DNA from: Acidobacteriota bacterium
GTDB taxonomy: Bacteria > Acidobacteriota > Blastocatellia > RBC074
Length of the DNA: 64,000 nucleotides
NCBI GenBank assembly: GCA_018269055.1
Contig: JAFDVI010000013.1
Location: 2,621-66,620, forward strand
Direction: 5' to 3'
Position numbers and translations under genes: made by a program
Notes under the pieces: model-generated
What the model saw: the letters and a program-made list of their open reading frames with translations, nothing else
What the model was told of the DNA's origin: nothing
Databases searched by the model: none
Part shown: piece by piece, positions 1 through 13,185 of the stretch
How the letters are laid out: each line of letters opens with the position of its first letter
Numbering within the stretch: the first letter of the stretch is position 1

Positions 1-771
1 CGTCCAGGAACCTGCCATCAAGGCAACGCCAACGGCGAAAACTGCCGCTGATTTGAACAGTCGTTCTTTAGTCAGATAAACCAACGCCGCCAAGATCAAC
101 CCGGCGGCCATCGAACGCGTGAGAAATGCCCACGAAGCCGCCGCCGCTGCCAGCGTTGCGTACAACCAGAATCGGTCGCCGTCTTTTTCTGCTGCGCAGC
201 GCTCGACAGCAATCAAGGTCGCCATCTGCGCCAGAGCGAAAACGCATTCCGACATCACCGATCCCGTCGCTATAAAGGCCAACCCCGGATTCAGCGTGAC
301 AGCGGCGGCAATTGTCAGCGCCAGATACGTGGGTAAGTTTCGATAACGCGCGAAGTAGTAGTAACAGGCTGCGCCAGCCAACAGCATCGCCACAACTGAA
401 ACCGATTTCAGCAGCCAGAGGTTTTGCGGAAACTGCGGCGCAATACGAAAGGCCAATGACAGCAAAAATGGGAATGCAGGAGGGTACAGCGGCATAATTC
501 CCTGCGAAGGGGAATTGATCAATGTGTATCCCTGCCCGGTCGCCAATGATTTTGCCAGCAATACATACCAGGCATCGTCCTGAAACATCCCAACTACTCT
601 ATCCATACGCAAAATGTAGATAAGCAAACTGAGCGCCACCAACGCCAGACTGATGATGACTAGAATCGTCTGAGGTGTGAGCTTTCTTTTGGGTACGGTG
701 GTCAAGGGAGAAGCGGGTGACTCCTGGACAGACTTCTTCTGCCTGCCTTTTAAGACTGATTGTTTGTTCAT
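1..771 (-). CDS. Partial (runs off window) multi-pass membrane protein, ArnT/PMT-like (GT-C) glycosyltransferase family
   Basis: Not in ORF track because it has no stop in the window. Manual translation from ATG at 771 (preceded by AAGGA): MNKQSVLK...TM...RMDRVVGMFQDDAWYVLLAKSLATGQGY...PLYPPAFPFLLS...SEC..., i.e. an acidic DD pair after TM1 followed by many hydrophobic helices. Confidence 0.7.
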   Translation of the reverse strand, partial: MNKQSVLKGRQKKSVQESPASPLTTVPKRKLTPQTILVIISLALVALSLLIYILRMDRVVGMFQDDAWYVLLAKSLATGQGYTLINSPSQGIMPLYPPAFPFLLSLAFRIAPQFPQNLWLLKSVSVVAMLLAGAACYYYFARYRNLPTYLALTIAAAVTLNPGLAFIATGSVMSECVFALAQMATLIAVERCAAEKDGDRFWLYATLAAAAASWAFLTRSMAAGLILAALVYLTKERLFKSAAVFAVGVALMAGSWT

Positions 772-887
772 CGGGTATTCCTTCATGCCTGGCCCAGCGA
801 CCGCTTTGACCGGCACGTTCGTCAGTGAGTTTTTGTATCAATCAATATGGATAGCGATAAGAGGTCGTCAAATCAGCGGTTTGAGCG

Positions 888-2453
888 CTATTTTGCTTCC
901 GGGCGCATATGCGGGAACAAAATCACGTCGCGGATGGAAGGCTGATTGGTCAGAATCATCACCAACCGGTCAATGCCGATTCCTTCGCCGCCGGTTGGAG
1001 GCATGCCGTAACTCAGCGCGCGAATATAATCTTCATCCATAACCATCGCTTCTTCATCGCCGCGTTCGCGCTGGTTCATTTGCTCCTCAAAGCGGCGGCG
1101 CTGTTCGACCGGATCGTTCAGTTCCGAAAATGCATTGGCCACTTCCATGTTGGCGACGTACAACTCGAAGCGTTCCACAAAACGCGGATCGTCGGCTTTT
1201 TGTTTCGACAGCGGAGACAACTCGGTCGGAAATTCCGTGATAAACGTCGGATGGATCAGATGCGGTTCGACCACGTGCTCAAAAATCGCGCCGAGCAATT
1301 GCCCGTCGTTCAACTTCGGATCGAAACCTAAATCCAGCGCCGCCGCTGCATCCTCCAATTGCGTGCGATCCATCAACCCTTCCAGCGTTGGCCGTGTGGC
1401 GTCGTTCGGCCAGTGCTGCAAAACGGCTTCGCGCATAGTCAAGCGCTGCCAGTTATCGAAATCAATGATGTGATCTTTGTACGGCGTTTGTCGCAAGGCA
1501 CAAACTTTGTCCACCAATCTTTTGATGAGTTCTTCAGTCAAATCCATCAGGTCATTGAAATCCGCGTACGCCTGATAAAACTCCAGCATCGTGAATTCCG
1601 GGTTGTGTTTATACGAAATGCCTTCGTTGCGGAAGTTGCGGTTGAGTTCGTACACGCGCTCGAATCCGCCGACGATCAACCGTTTCAGGTACAGTTCCGG
1701 CGCGATGCGCGCGTACAGGTCAATGTCCAGCGCGTTGTGATGTGTGACAAACGGCTTGGCTGCCGCGCCCGTCGCTAGTGGCGTCAGCATTGGCGTTTCG
1801 ACTTCGACAAAATCGCGCTCATCGAAAAAGTGGCGCACTTCGCGAACGATCATTGCGCGCCGCTCGAAGATTTCGCGGCTGGTTAATTCGCCTGGCTGGC
1901 GTTCGTGAATTGCGCTGCTGGCAATCAAATCCACGTACCGCTGGCGGTAGCGCAATTCCTTGTCCGTGACGCCGTGATATTTGTCCGGCATCGGCAGCAA
2001 AGCTTTTGACAGAAACTGAAGTTGGGTCGCGTGAACCGACAACTCGCCGGTTTTGGTGACGAACAAATAACCCTTAACCCCAATCCAGTCGCCAAGATCG
2101 AGCTTTTGATATAACTCCCAGGCAGCGTCGCCGACATCGTTTTTGCGAATGTACGCCTGCAAGGCCGCCAGCCCGTCGGACAAATGCACAAAGGCGGCTT
2201 TGCCCATCAAGCGCATGGTCATAATTCGCCCGGCGATGCGGACTTCGCCCGCCTCCGCCGCTTTCAGTTCCGTGTTGGTGTTGGCAAGCTCGGCCTCTTC
2301 TTTTTTTCCTGCGAAGCTGTGGTAGCGTTTGACCAGTTCAGTAATTTTATGGGAACGGTCGAAGCGATTGGTATAAGCCGGGTGGCCGAGCGCCGCAATT
2401 TCTTCCAGATGGCGGCGGCGTTGTTGAATCTGGTCGTTATCCTGATCGAGCAA
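888..2453 (-). CDS. lysS: Lysine--tRNA ligase (class II)
   Basis: [38 protein letters not shown]-like [47 protein letters not shown]; TTG start with GAGGAG RBS. Confidence 0.98.
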   Translation of the reverse strand: MLDQDNDQIQQRRRHLEEIAALGHPAYTNRFDRSHKITELVKRYHSFAGKKEEAELANTNTELKAAEAGEVRIAGRIMTMRLMGKAAFVHLSDGLAALQAYIRKNDVGDAAWELYQKLDLGDWIGVKGYLFVTKTGELSVHATQLQFLSKALLPMPDKYHGVTDKELRYRQRYVDLIASSAIHERQPGELTSREIFERRAMIVREVRHFFDERDFVEVETPMLTPLATGAAAKPFVTHHNALDIDLYARIAPELYLKRLIVGGFERVYELNRNFRNEGISYKHNPEFTMLEFYQAYADFNDLMDLTEELIKRLVDKVCALRQTPYKDHIIDFDNWQRLTMREAVLQHWPNDATRPTLEGLMDRTQLEDAAAALDLGFDPKLNDGQLLGAIFEHVVEPHLIHPTFITEFPTELSPLSKQKADDPRFVERFELYVANMEVANAFSELNDPVEQRRRFEEQMNQRERGDEEAMVMDEDYIRALSYGMPPTGGEGIGIDRLVMILTNQPSIRDVILFPHMRPEAK

Positions 2454-2475
2454 AGTTGTGAACTCCTCAAAAAAT

Positions 2476-2574
2476 GTAGGTCGAACTGTCAGTTTGACCT
2501 GTTTGGCCGGAATAATTTTCCGGACCCGGAATGCGCATTTGTTTGAAACGAGACAAACTGACAGTTTGTCCTAC
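2476..2574. repeat. REP doublet (REPIN-like), family A: GTAGGACAAACTGTCAGTTTGTC
   Basis: 2476-2500 GTAGGTCGAACTGTCAGTTTGACCT and reverse complement of 2550-2574 GTAGGACAAACTGTCAGTTTGTCTC. Each is internally palindromic, with GTAG on the outer ends. Confidence 0.75.
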
Positions 2575-2741
2575 TGATGCGCTGGTATTGATGATGACGA
2601 TGCGACGTGTTATTTGAGCGGCGATTATAGAAATGCCTATTTAAGAGTGTCAACGAAGCCGTTTACGAAGCGGTAGTTTCAAGCGCGATCACGTTTTCTC
2701 AATTCGTTTCCAAGAGTTTCGTTCCTCAAAAGGAGTTAGCC

Positions 2742-3080
2742 ATGTCGAAGAAATCGCAGTTGGCAGTTGTTACTGCTGTCGCAATGTTGTCGTTTTTGTC
2801 AATGGCGGCGGTTTTCAACGTTTCCGGGCAAAGCTCGCGCGACAAGGAAAAAGACGCCGAAGTGCAGTGGGAATACATGGTTGTCAGCGGTGGCACTGTC
2901 AACTTGAGTGGCGTCAGCGATCTGAGCCGTAAACAGCCGGATAACGCCTTTGCGGGTGAAGCCTCCGTTTTGCAGCGCAATCTGGACAAATTGGGGCAGA
3001 AAGGATGGGAGTTGGTGACGGTTCATGGTTCGCCAGCTCAGCCGGTGTATTACTTGAAACGCCAGAAAGGTAATCACTGA
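2742..3080 (+). CDS. Small exported protein, DUF4177-like
   Basis: N-terminal signal-like stretch; QWEYMVV ... [14 protein letters not shown] ... YYLKRQK pattern; AAGGAG RBS. Confidence 0.7.
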   Translation: MSKKSQLAVVTAVAMLSFLSMAAVFNVSGQSSRDKEKDAEVQWEYMVVSGGTVNLSGVSDLSRKQPDNAFAGEASVLQRNLDKLGQKGWELVTVHGSPAQPVYYLKRQKGNH

Positions 3081-3084
3081 GGCA

Positions 3085-4131
3085 GTGAAACGTCATTCTC
3101 ACATTGTGGCGGCAATTTCGTTGCTGGCGGGGCTGGTGTTGTTTGTGTACATCACTCGCCGGATCGGATGGCAGGAAATTGCCGAGCGAGTCCGAACCAT
3201 CGGCATCGGATTTCCGCTGCTGCTGGCTGTATCGGCGCTGCGGCCAGTGGGTCGGGCCTGGGCCTGGTTTCGTTGCTTTGAACCGCAAACTCGAACCGAA
3301 GAACTTGGGGGATTCTGGCCTGTGGTGCGCGCTCGGTTGGCGGCGGATTCAATGGGCGCGGTGACTTCTGCCGGACCGTTTGTGGCTGAACCTTCGCGCG
3401 TGTTCTTTTTTGGCGGCAGAGTTCCCATCGGTTCGGCGTCGGCTGCGGCGGCGGTGGAATTGCTCAGCTACACTGCGTCCTGTGGACTATTGCTGTTGGG
3501 CGGAATGCTGGCGCTGTTGTTCGGCATCGAACTCGGCCAGCAATTCAGATGGATTTTGATCGCTGCGATTGCTGTGGCGATTTCGTCGCTGAGTTTGATG
3601 GCCATCATCTTCAGCCTGAAGTTCGTGGTTGTGGAGCGGTTTTGCGAAGCGCTTAAAACACTGATTCCGGTTCCGCGTTTTCATCGCCTGCTGGATAAAG
3701 AGTTGCATCAATTGCTGGAACTGGAAGAATACGTATTCGATTTTTTCCGCAAACATCCGAAAGATTTTCTGTGGGTGATGCTGGGCGAATCCCTCTTTCA
3801 TCTGGGCGGAGTCGCGGAAATCTTTCTGACTTTGAAACTGACTGGAACCAACGCGACCTTTCTGGCGGCGTTCGTACTGGAAGCATTGAACCGGTTGATC
3901 AATTTGCTGTTTGCATTTGTTCCGGCCAAAGTCGGCGTGGACGAAGCGGGAAGCGCCTGGCTGGCGGAGGCGCTGGGATTAAGTTCCGCCGCCGGAGTGA
4001 CGCTGGCGATTTATCGAAAACTGCGACTGTTGTGCTGGACGGCAATCGGGTTGGTTTGTCTGGCGACGCTGACAAAAAGCGCAAAACAAAATGAACGATC
4101 AACAGAACCTAAATCCTCCAACGCTCGCTGA
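3085..4131 (+). CDS. Lysylphosphatidylglycerol synthase TM-region (UPF0104/flippase-like) membrane protein
   Basis: Hydrophobic multi-TM protein with LR..RAWAW, GPFVAEPSR, VPAKVGVDEAG and IYRKLR motifs typical of the family. Confidence 0.8.
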   Translation: MKRHSHIVAAISLLAGLVLFVYITRRIGWQEIAERVRTIGIGFPLLLAVSALRPVGRAWAWFRCFEPQTRTEELGGFWPVVRARLAADSMGAVTSAGPFVAEPSRVFFFGGRVPIGSASAAAAVELLSYTASCGLLLLGGMLALLFGIELGQQFRWILIAAIAVAISSLSLMAIIFSLKFVVVERFCEALKTLIPVPRFHRLLDKELHQLLELEEYVFDFFRKHPKDFLWVMLGESLFHLGGVAEIFLTLKLTGTNATFLAAFVLEALNRLINLLFAFVPAKVGVDEAGSAWLAEALGLSSAAGVTLAIYRKLRLLCWTAIGLVCLATLTKSAKQNERSTEPKSSNAR

Positions 4132-5689
4132 CCGGCTTCTCAATTTGCTGTGCATTTTTACCGTTGCCATCGGGATGATTTACTGCAACGGCGGCATTGG
4201 CGTCGGTTCTTCAAACCACGTCGGGCTGTTGCCGGTCGTGCGCCGCATTCTCGATCCCAATTATTTACCCGGCGATTTCAACATCGCGCTGCGCTTTTAT
4301 CATCATCGAGCCTTTGCTTACCTCGTGGCCGGAGGTTCCTCGCTGCTTGGCGAAGACCGCGCGTTGATTGTTCTGGGCGTGTTGGCGATGCTGGCAATCA
4401 GCGCAGGATTGTTCGGGTTGTGTGCCCAACTTGGGTTGTCGCGTTGGGGATTTCTGGCGGTTGGCGCGTTCGTTGCGACGCGGTTTTTGTGGACGGGAAG
4501 AGGATTGGAGCTCAATGAATTTCTGGGCGACCCGGAAGTTATGCCGCCGCACCTGGCTCATGCCTTGGTGCTCTTTGTGTTGATTGCATTGATTCGGGAA
4601 AAATACAGGCTGGCGATTTTTTTGACTGGCTTGGTCATCCTGTTGCACCTGCAAATCGGCATCACGCTGGCGCTGATGACTTCGCCGCTGTACCTGGTCA
4701 AGTTGCGCGATTTCGGATGGAAAGAAACGGCCTTGTTGCTTGTGTTGGCGATTCTTCCAGCTTCACCGGCATTGTGGCACGTCGCGCACATGTTTCAGCG
4801 AGGCTTGGCCAGTTCGACGATTTCATCAGCCTACTACATTGATTTTCGCCATCCGCATCATTTTGAATTGCTTTCCGCCGCCGCCGCATGTTGGGTCGCC
4901 GGTCATCTGGCAGTGATTGCAATTGCGTGGGTAACCGACCGGGAGCGCAGACATCCCCGTCCGCCTGTAACCGTTCCTGATACTTCCTTATTTAAGTCTC
5001 CTTTTGGCAAACTTTTAGTATGTTGTCTGGCGCTCGTTGGATTGTGCCTGATCCATTTCACCGATTACTACCTGATCAAAAGCGACAAGGTCGCCCAAAT
5101 TCAGTTCCTGCGCGTTTCGCCGTTGATTACGGTTCTTGGTGCAATCTGTCTGGTCTTGCTGATTCAACGCTGGTTGCCGAATCAAAAGCTCCTTGCGCTG
5201 GCAAATGTTGGTTTGATTGCGGCGGCTGCGGTTTGGGGATTTTATTCGCCGCGTCGCGCCGAAGTGCCGTATTACTTCGGCGTGAAACGCTTTGCGGAAG
5301 AAAAATCAAACTGGGTGGATGTGGCTTTGTGGGTGAAAACCAACGGCCCGCGCGACACTGTTTACCTGGTTCCGCCAGGGAGAAATGGATTTTCAGTGCT
5401 GGCGGAACGCTCTATCGTCGCCGAATTTAAGCTGAATCCGGACGGTTCGATGTTTCTGGACGAATGGTTCAAACGCTTGCGCGACCTTTCCGACGGCGAA
5501 TTGCCCAATGGCAGAGGATTCGACAATCGCCGTCCGCTCGACAAAGCGTTCGCCAAACTGACGAACGAACAACTGCTGGCGCTCAGCCGGAAATACAACG
5601 CGGATTTCGCCGTGCTTTCCAAAGATTCCAAAGCGAAGTTCGAAGTTGTTTATCAAAACAAGGATTATCGCCTCGTCAGATTGAAGTAG
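4091..5689 (+). CDS. Multi-pass membrane protein with C-terminal soluble domain (GT-C-like / DUF6798-like)
   Basis: About 10 TM segments, DPNYLPGDF, HLQIG, RHPHH, C-terminal FSVLAERSIVAEFK..W..RL; overlaps the upstream gene. Confidence 0.6.
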   Translation: MNDQQNLNPPTLADRLLNLLCIFTVAIGMIYCNGGIGVGSSNHVGLLPVVRRILDPNYLPGDFNIALRFYHHRAFAYLVAGGSSLLGEDRALIVLGVLAMLAISAGLFGLCAQLGLSRWGFLAVGAFVATRFLWTGRGLELNEFLGDPEVMPPHLAHALVLFVLIALIREKYRLAIFLTGLVILLHLQIGITLALMTSPLYLVKLRDFGWKETALLLVLAILPASPALWHVAHMFQRGLASSTISSAYYIDFRHPHHFELLSAAAACWVAGHLAVIAIAWVTDRERRHPRPPVTVPDTSLFKSPFGKLLVCCLALVGLCLIHFTDYYLIKSDKVAQIQFLRVSPLITVLGAICLVLLIQRWLPNQKLLALANVGLIAAAAVWGFYSPRRAEVPYYFGVKRFAEEKSNWVDVALWVKTNGPRDTVYLVPPGRNGFSVLAERSIVAEFKLNPDGSMFLDEWFKRLRDLSDGELPNGRGFDNRRPLDKAFAKLTNEQLLALSRKYNADFAVLSKDSKAKFEVVYQNKDYRLVRLK

Positions 5690-5708
5690 TCAGGTTTGGC
5701 TGATAAAC

Positions 5709-5789
5709 CTCCCACGAAGGCACACGAAGCATCACGAAGGAAACACAGGCAGATCGTTCTTCGTGTTTTTTCGTGTGCCTTTGTGGGAG
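5709..5789. repeat. Intergenic inverted-repeat element (CCACGAA/CACGAA units)
   Basis: CTCCCACGAAGGCACACGAA ... TTCGTGTGCCTTTGTGGGAG (one mismatch) with internal CACGAAG triplication, between convergent genes. Confidence 0.65.
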
Positions 5790-5802
5790 AAGGGCTACGT
5801 TG

Positions 5803-7275
<1,473 letters not shown>

Positions 7276-7282
7276 TCAAGAT

Positions 7283-7310
7283 AAACAAAAGCCGCGCGAG
7301 TTGGCGCGGC
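7283..7310 (-). terminator. Intrinsic terminator-like hairpin immediately upstream of guaB
   Basis: On the minus strand GCCGCGC-caactc-GCGCGGC followed by UUUUGUUU, ending about 14 nt before the guaB ATG. Confidence 0.5.
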
Positions 7311-7432
7311 GGGTTCACAATTCAGTGGAAACGAATTTTTGCGGCAGACGGCGCGGGGCAGGTTCGTGCCCGGCCAGCCTTTTTGCTCGCCTGGCCTTCC
7401 ATTGGAAAGCGACCGAGCGGGAAATCAAAAAT

Positions 7433-8221
7433 TTACTCAAGAAATCCTTGATAGTTGTCTTTCGAGATAACGACATTGTCAACAACTTGACCTTTACGGT
7501 TGGGAACAAGTTTTTCCAAACTGACCCGTTTGCCATTGACCGTAATGTTCAGCGCAGGCAGGTTGCCTATTCTGATGAAAGAGATTTTTTCGGTTGCCAG
7601 GAATTCATGGCTACTGCCTTTGGCAATGGTGACTTGGTCATTTTTGCCGCCATCGGTGCGAAAACTGATCCAGCAATCTTCCGTGTTGGCAGTCAATTGA
7701 ACCCGCAATCCATTAATCGTTTCCGGTGTCGGCGAAGCCTCTGGCGTTGGGGTGACACTCGGTTCGGCAGCAGCCGTTGGCGATGGTGTCGCCAACGGTG
7801 GTGGAGTCGGGATTGGTTCCGAAACTGTATGTTCCGAAGCGGGCTTAAACGCCAACCAGGCCGCGCCGCCCGCTGCCGCCAGAATGATCACCACGATAAG
7901 CGTAAAGAGAAAACTGTTTCCGGACGATCTGGACTCGAGTTCATCCGCCAATCCTACGTATGAAGTCTTTGCCGGTTCACCGCCACGCTCCGCCAATTGC
8001 TGATCGTAAAGTCGGACGGCCTGGTCCTCATCCATGCCCACTTGTCGCGCGAATTTGCGGACGAAGGCGCGATTGAACACCCCGCCGGGAAGGATTTTGT
8101 AATCGTCGTTTTCGATCGCTTCCAGAAAGCGGCTGCCCAGGCGAGTGGCCTCTGCGATTTGATTGATTGTCAGGCCGCGTTCTTCACGCGCCTGTTTTAG
8201 TTGCTGGCCCAGTGTTGCCAT
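7433..8221 (-). CDS. rodZ: RodZ-family cytoskeleton protein (HTH, TM, DUF4115-like)
   Basis: LGQQLKQAREERGLT..IAEATRL...LEAIENDDYKILPGGVFNRAFVRKFA, single TM, Pro/Thr linker, C-terminal CWISFRTDG..IGNLPAL domain. Confidence 0.88.
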   Translation of the reverse strand: MATLGQQLKQAREERGLTINQIAEATRLGSRFLEAIENDDYKILPGGVFNRAFVRKFARQVGMDEDQAVRLYDQQLAERGGEPAKTSYVGLADELESRSSGNSFLFTLIVVIILAAAGGAAWLAFKPASEHTVSEPIPTPPPLATPSPTAAAEPSVTPTPEASPTPETINGLRVQLTANTEDCWISFRTDGGKNDQVTIAKGSSHEFLATEKISFIRIGNLPALNITVNGKRVSLEKLVPNRKGQVVDNVVISKDNYQGFLE

Positions 8222-8355
8222 TGACGAAACCCCGGTGCTTCAAAAGTGAACTGTCTGAAGCGAAAAAATTGAATTGACCACCTAAACCAACGATGGCTGG
8301 AATCTTATGTAATTCGTTTGCGGCTGTCAATTTTCGGCCTTTCCAGCGCTCTTTT

Positions 8356-10420
<2,065 letters not shown>

Positions 10421-10443
<23 letters not shown>

Positions 10444-11302
10444 GATCCCTCCAAGTCCAACCTTTGTGACTTTTCCGCTTGCCACTTTTTACTTCGTGCA
10501 TGTGAACAGCATCCAGCCCAAATTTTCGGCAAAAAGCACTGAGATTGGTAATGACTACACGCTTTCCCCCAGGACTAACGAACCCGGAATATTTCTTTGG
10601 CTCAAGCTTTGGTTTGCAGTTTTGATGTGTCCATCCGCGATGATTGTTGAGTCTTCCCTTTGCGACGGCAACCATGTGGGTATTATCAAGTCCATGTTCG
10701 CGGCAGAATGCAGCGAGATTGACAATTGGGCCAACGGGCCTGCCCTCAGGATTGATAAAGCCGTCATAGGTTTTTATGAATTCACGTTTGCGAATGCTGT
10801 TTTTATGTGTCCAGCCTTTATATGACTTCAGTTTACTTTGACCTTTCGCCAACCGATGCATGGATGGAAAATCCAATCCATTTAGCCTGCAAAAATCGAA
10901 GAGATTCGTGATAGTCACTTCATTGCCATCGGGATCAATAAACCCTTCCCAAACTTGAGCGAAAGTATCTCCCGGCGATCCCGCAATTGGGTATAGATTG
11001 AAACCCACCTTTCTTTCTGTACAACGCGTTTTATCAATCCATTTTTGTTCTACAAGCAGAAGCTCAGACCGAGTTGCGTACTCTAAGACTTCAAATTCAA
11101 AGGCCGACTCGCCGTACTTGTCCCAGGCTTTTTGTAAGTGCGAATTTCGGTGAGTGCCACGGCGCAAGGTCATTTTATGCTTGCCCCAACGTTGAGAGAG
11201 GTTCACGGCACTGCCGACATAAATCTTCTGAGTGATTTTGCATCGAATCTGATATACCCCTGAGGGCAGCTTTTCAGAGTTGGTTTTGTGTTGAACAGCC
11301 AT
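10421..11302 (-). CDS. Free-standing GIY-YIG homing-endonuclease-like protein with three C-terminal DNA-binding repeats
   Basis: [23 protein letters not shown] catalytic domain, then 3x GF(I/V)xPxG...NLxxFCRxxGL...M..GWT repeats; AT-richer than neighbours. Confidence 0.88.
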
Positions 11303-11414
11303 CTGTAATTACAAAGAAGTAAAACAGGTCGGTTGAAAATATGGGCAATCGCTGGTAAATCCAATGCTAGTATTTTTTGGAGGAATTGCAAAAGCCCCGA
11401 TTGGTGTCAAAACG

Positions 11415-12137
11415 ATGAGTTATCACTGTCTGCTTTTTGATCTGGATGGGACGCTGGTGGATTCGCGCGCTGATTTGGCGAATTCGGTCAATTTGATGCT
11501 GGCGGAACTTGGCCGCGATCCGTTGTCTTCGTGCCGCGTGCTGAATTTTGTCGGCGAAGGCGCACGGTTGCTGGTCGAACGCTCTTTGACTGCTTCAAGT
11601 CAGTTGACGCCGCAGCCCGATGAAGTGGATCGCGCATTGAAGATTTTTCGTCGTCATTACCGCGAACACTTGCTGGATTACACGCGCGTTTACCCGGAAG
11701 TGGAAGAGACTCTGGCGCTGTTACGCCACCTGCCGAAAGCCGTTGTCACAAACAAACCTTATGAGTTTTCCGTCGCGTTGCTGGAAGGGTTGGGGATGCT
11801 TTCGCAATTCAAAGTGGTGCTTGGCGGCGACAGTCTGCCTGAGCGCAAACCTTCGCCGATGATGTTGCTGGAAGCTGCGCGCGGTTGCGGCGTCGAACCG
11901 TCAGCATGTTTGATGGTTGGGGATACGAAATTCGATGTCAGCGCCGGACGCGCGGCGGGAATGAAAACTTGCGGGTATATTCCGGGCTTTCGCGGCAGAA
12001 CGGAATTGGCGGAAGCCGGAGCCGATTTTTTGATCGAACGATTCAGCGAGCTATGTGTTTTGGTCGAATGCGCCCAATCACAGTTTTTATCGGAGTCGCG
12101 AGCGGTCGCCAGTGCTGCGCAGGCAACCGCCGATTGA
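11415..12137 (+). CDS. gph: HAD-family hydrolase, phosphoglycolate phosphatase-like
   Basis: [36 protein letters not shown] motifs. Confidence 0.88.
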   Translation: MSYHCLLFDLDGTLVDSRADLANSVNLMLAELGRDPLSSCRVLNFVGEGARLLVERSLTASSQLTPQPDEVDRALKIFRRHYREHLLDYTRVYPEVEETLALLRHLPKAVVTNKPYEFSVALLEGLGMLSQFKVVLGGDSLPERKPSPMMLLEAARGCGVEPSACLMVGDTKFDVSAGRAAGMKTCGYIPGFRGRTELAEAGADFLIERFSELCVLVECAQSQFLSESRAVASAAQATAD

Positions 12138-12158
12138 CGCAAGGAAGCAGGAAAGAAA

Positions 12159-12232
12159 AAAAGCCGCTCGCGCCTGTCCGTCAGCCAATGCGGTTTGGAG
12201 ACAAGAATGACGAACAGACGCGAGCAGCTTTT
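12159..12232. terminator. Long imperfect hairpin between convergent genes
   Basis: AAAAGCCGCTCGCGCCTGTCCGTCA ... TGACGAACAGACGCGAGCAGCTTTT, with A/T tracts on both sides. Confidence 0.55.
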
Positions 12233-12272
12233 ATGCTTGTAGTTTTAGCCGGCAAGCTTACCGATAAATCGC

Positions 12273-12473
12273 TTACATTGCCGGGGAGGATTTGGTCAGT
12301 TTGTTGACCACCAGCCAGACCAGATAAATGATCGCACCGATCACGGCCAGCTTGATCAGAATCGGAATCAAACTCAGCGCCAACCCCAGAACCGAAAGAA
12401 CCAAAGAACTCACTGAAGCAATCACGACCAGCGCAATCACCACAAAAATAATTTTGCCAATAGCTTCGCCCAT
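12273..12473 (-). CDS. Small two-helix membrane protein (66 aa), unknown function
   Basis: Almost entirely hydrophobic; AAGGAG RBS upstream; terminator-like hairpin downstream. Confidence 0.7.
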   Translation of the reverse strand: MGEAIGKIIFVVIALVVIASVSSLVLSVLGLALSLIPILIKLAVIGAIIYLVWLVVNKLTKSSPAM

Positions 12474-12620
12474 AAACGTACAAGTCTCCTTTCACGAGTC
12501 GAAAATTTTGCAGGCGGAATCGAACCTTGTTGCAACTGGCCATACGCGATGTCGCGCGGTGATGTTTCAGCAATTTCCCCGCTCGTGCCAGTTTGGGCGG
12601 CTTCGATTACAATCCAAAAC

Positions 12621-13178
12621 GTGACTGATTCTTATCACCAACTCATCGAACACGTAGACAAACTGGTGGCAAACTTGTCGTCCCGTTACGCCCAGCATCT
12701 GGTCTGCCGCGCGGGGTGCAGCGGATGTTGTCACCATCATTTGTCTGTTTTCGCCGTCGAAGCCGCCGCCGTTCGCAAATCGGTTGAAACTTTGCCGGAA
12801 TCGCTTCGCCACCGGTTGGAACAACAAGCCCGCGTCGTATTGGAAGCGGAAGCGCGCAACGAAGCGGTCGCTTGTCCAATGTTGGTTGAAGACCGCTGCG
12901 CCATTTACGAATCGCGCCCGCTGATTTGTCGCACGCAAGGATTGCCGCTGTTGATCGAAGCCGAAGACGGCGTGGCCGAAGTGGATTTCTGCCCGCTGAA
13001 TTTCACGATGGAAAACGCGGTTGATGATTTGGACGAAACGCACTTGGTTCCCCTGGACGACCTGAACTTGAAGCTCGCGCTGGTGAATTTGCAGCATTGC
13101 CGGGAGCAGGGAATCGCCGATGCAAATAGCGGCAAACGTGTGTCCATGGCGGAAATTATCCTTCAAACCCGAACTTGA
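12621..13178 (+). CDS. YkgJ-family cysteine-cluster (Fe-S/Zn) protein
   Basis: CRAGCSGCC, CPML..DRCAIYESRPLICRTQGLP, DFCPLNF; start (GTG 12621) uncertain. Confidence 0.85.
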   Translation: MTDSYHQLIEHVDKLVANLSSRYAQHLVCRAGCSGCCHHHLSVFAVEAAAVRKSVETLPESLRHRLEQQARVVLEAEARNEAVACPMLVEDRCAIYESRPLICRTQGLPLLIEAEDGVAEVDFCPLNFTMENAVDDLDETHLVPLDDLNLKLALVNLQHCREQGIADANSGKRVSMAEIILQTRT

Positions 13179-13185
13179 AAATCCA

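Noticed and set aside
888-4131. lysS next to a lysylphosphatidylglycerol-synthase-TM gene as a lipid lysylation pathway
   Set aside because: The 348-aa protein has only the membrane domain and no MprF aminoacyl-transferase domain; the genes are divergent and separated by another gene.
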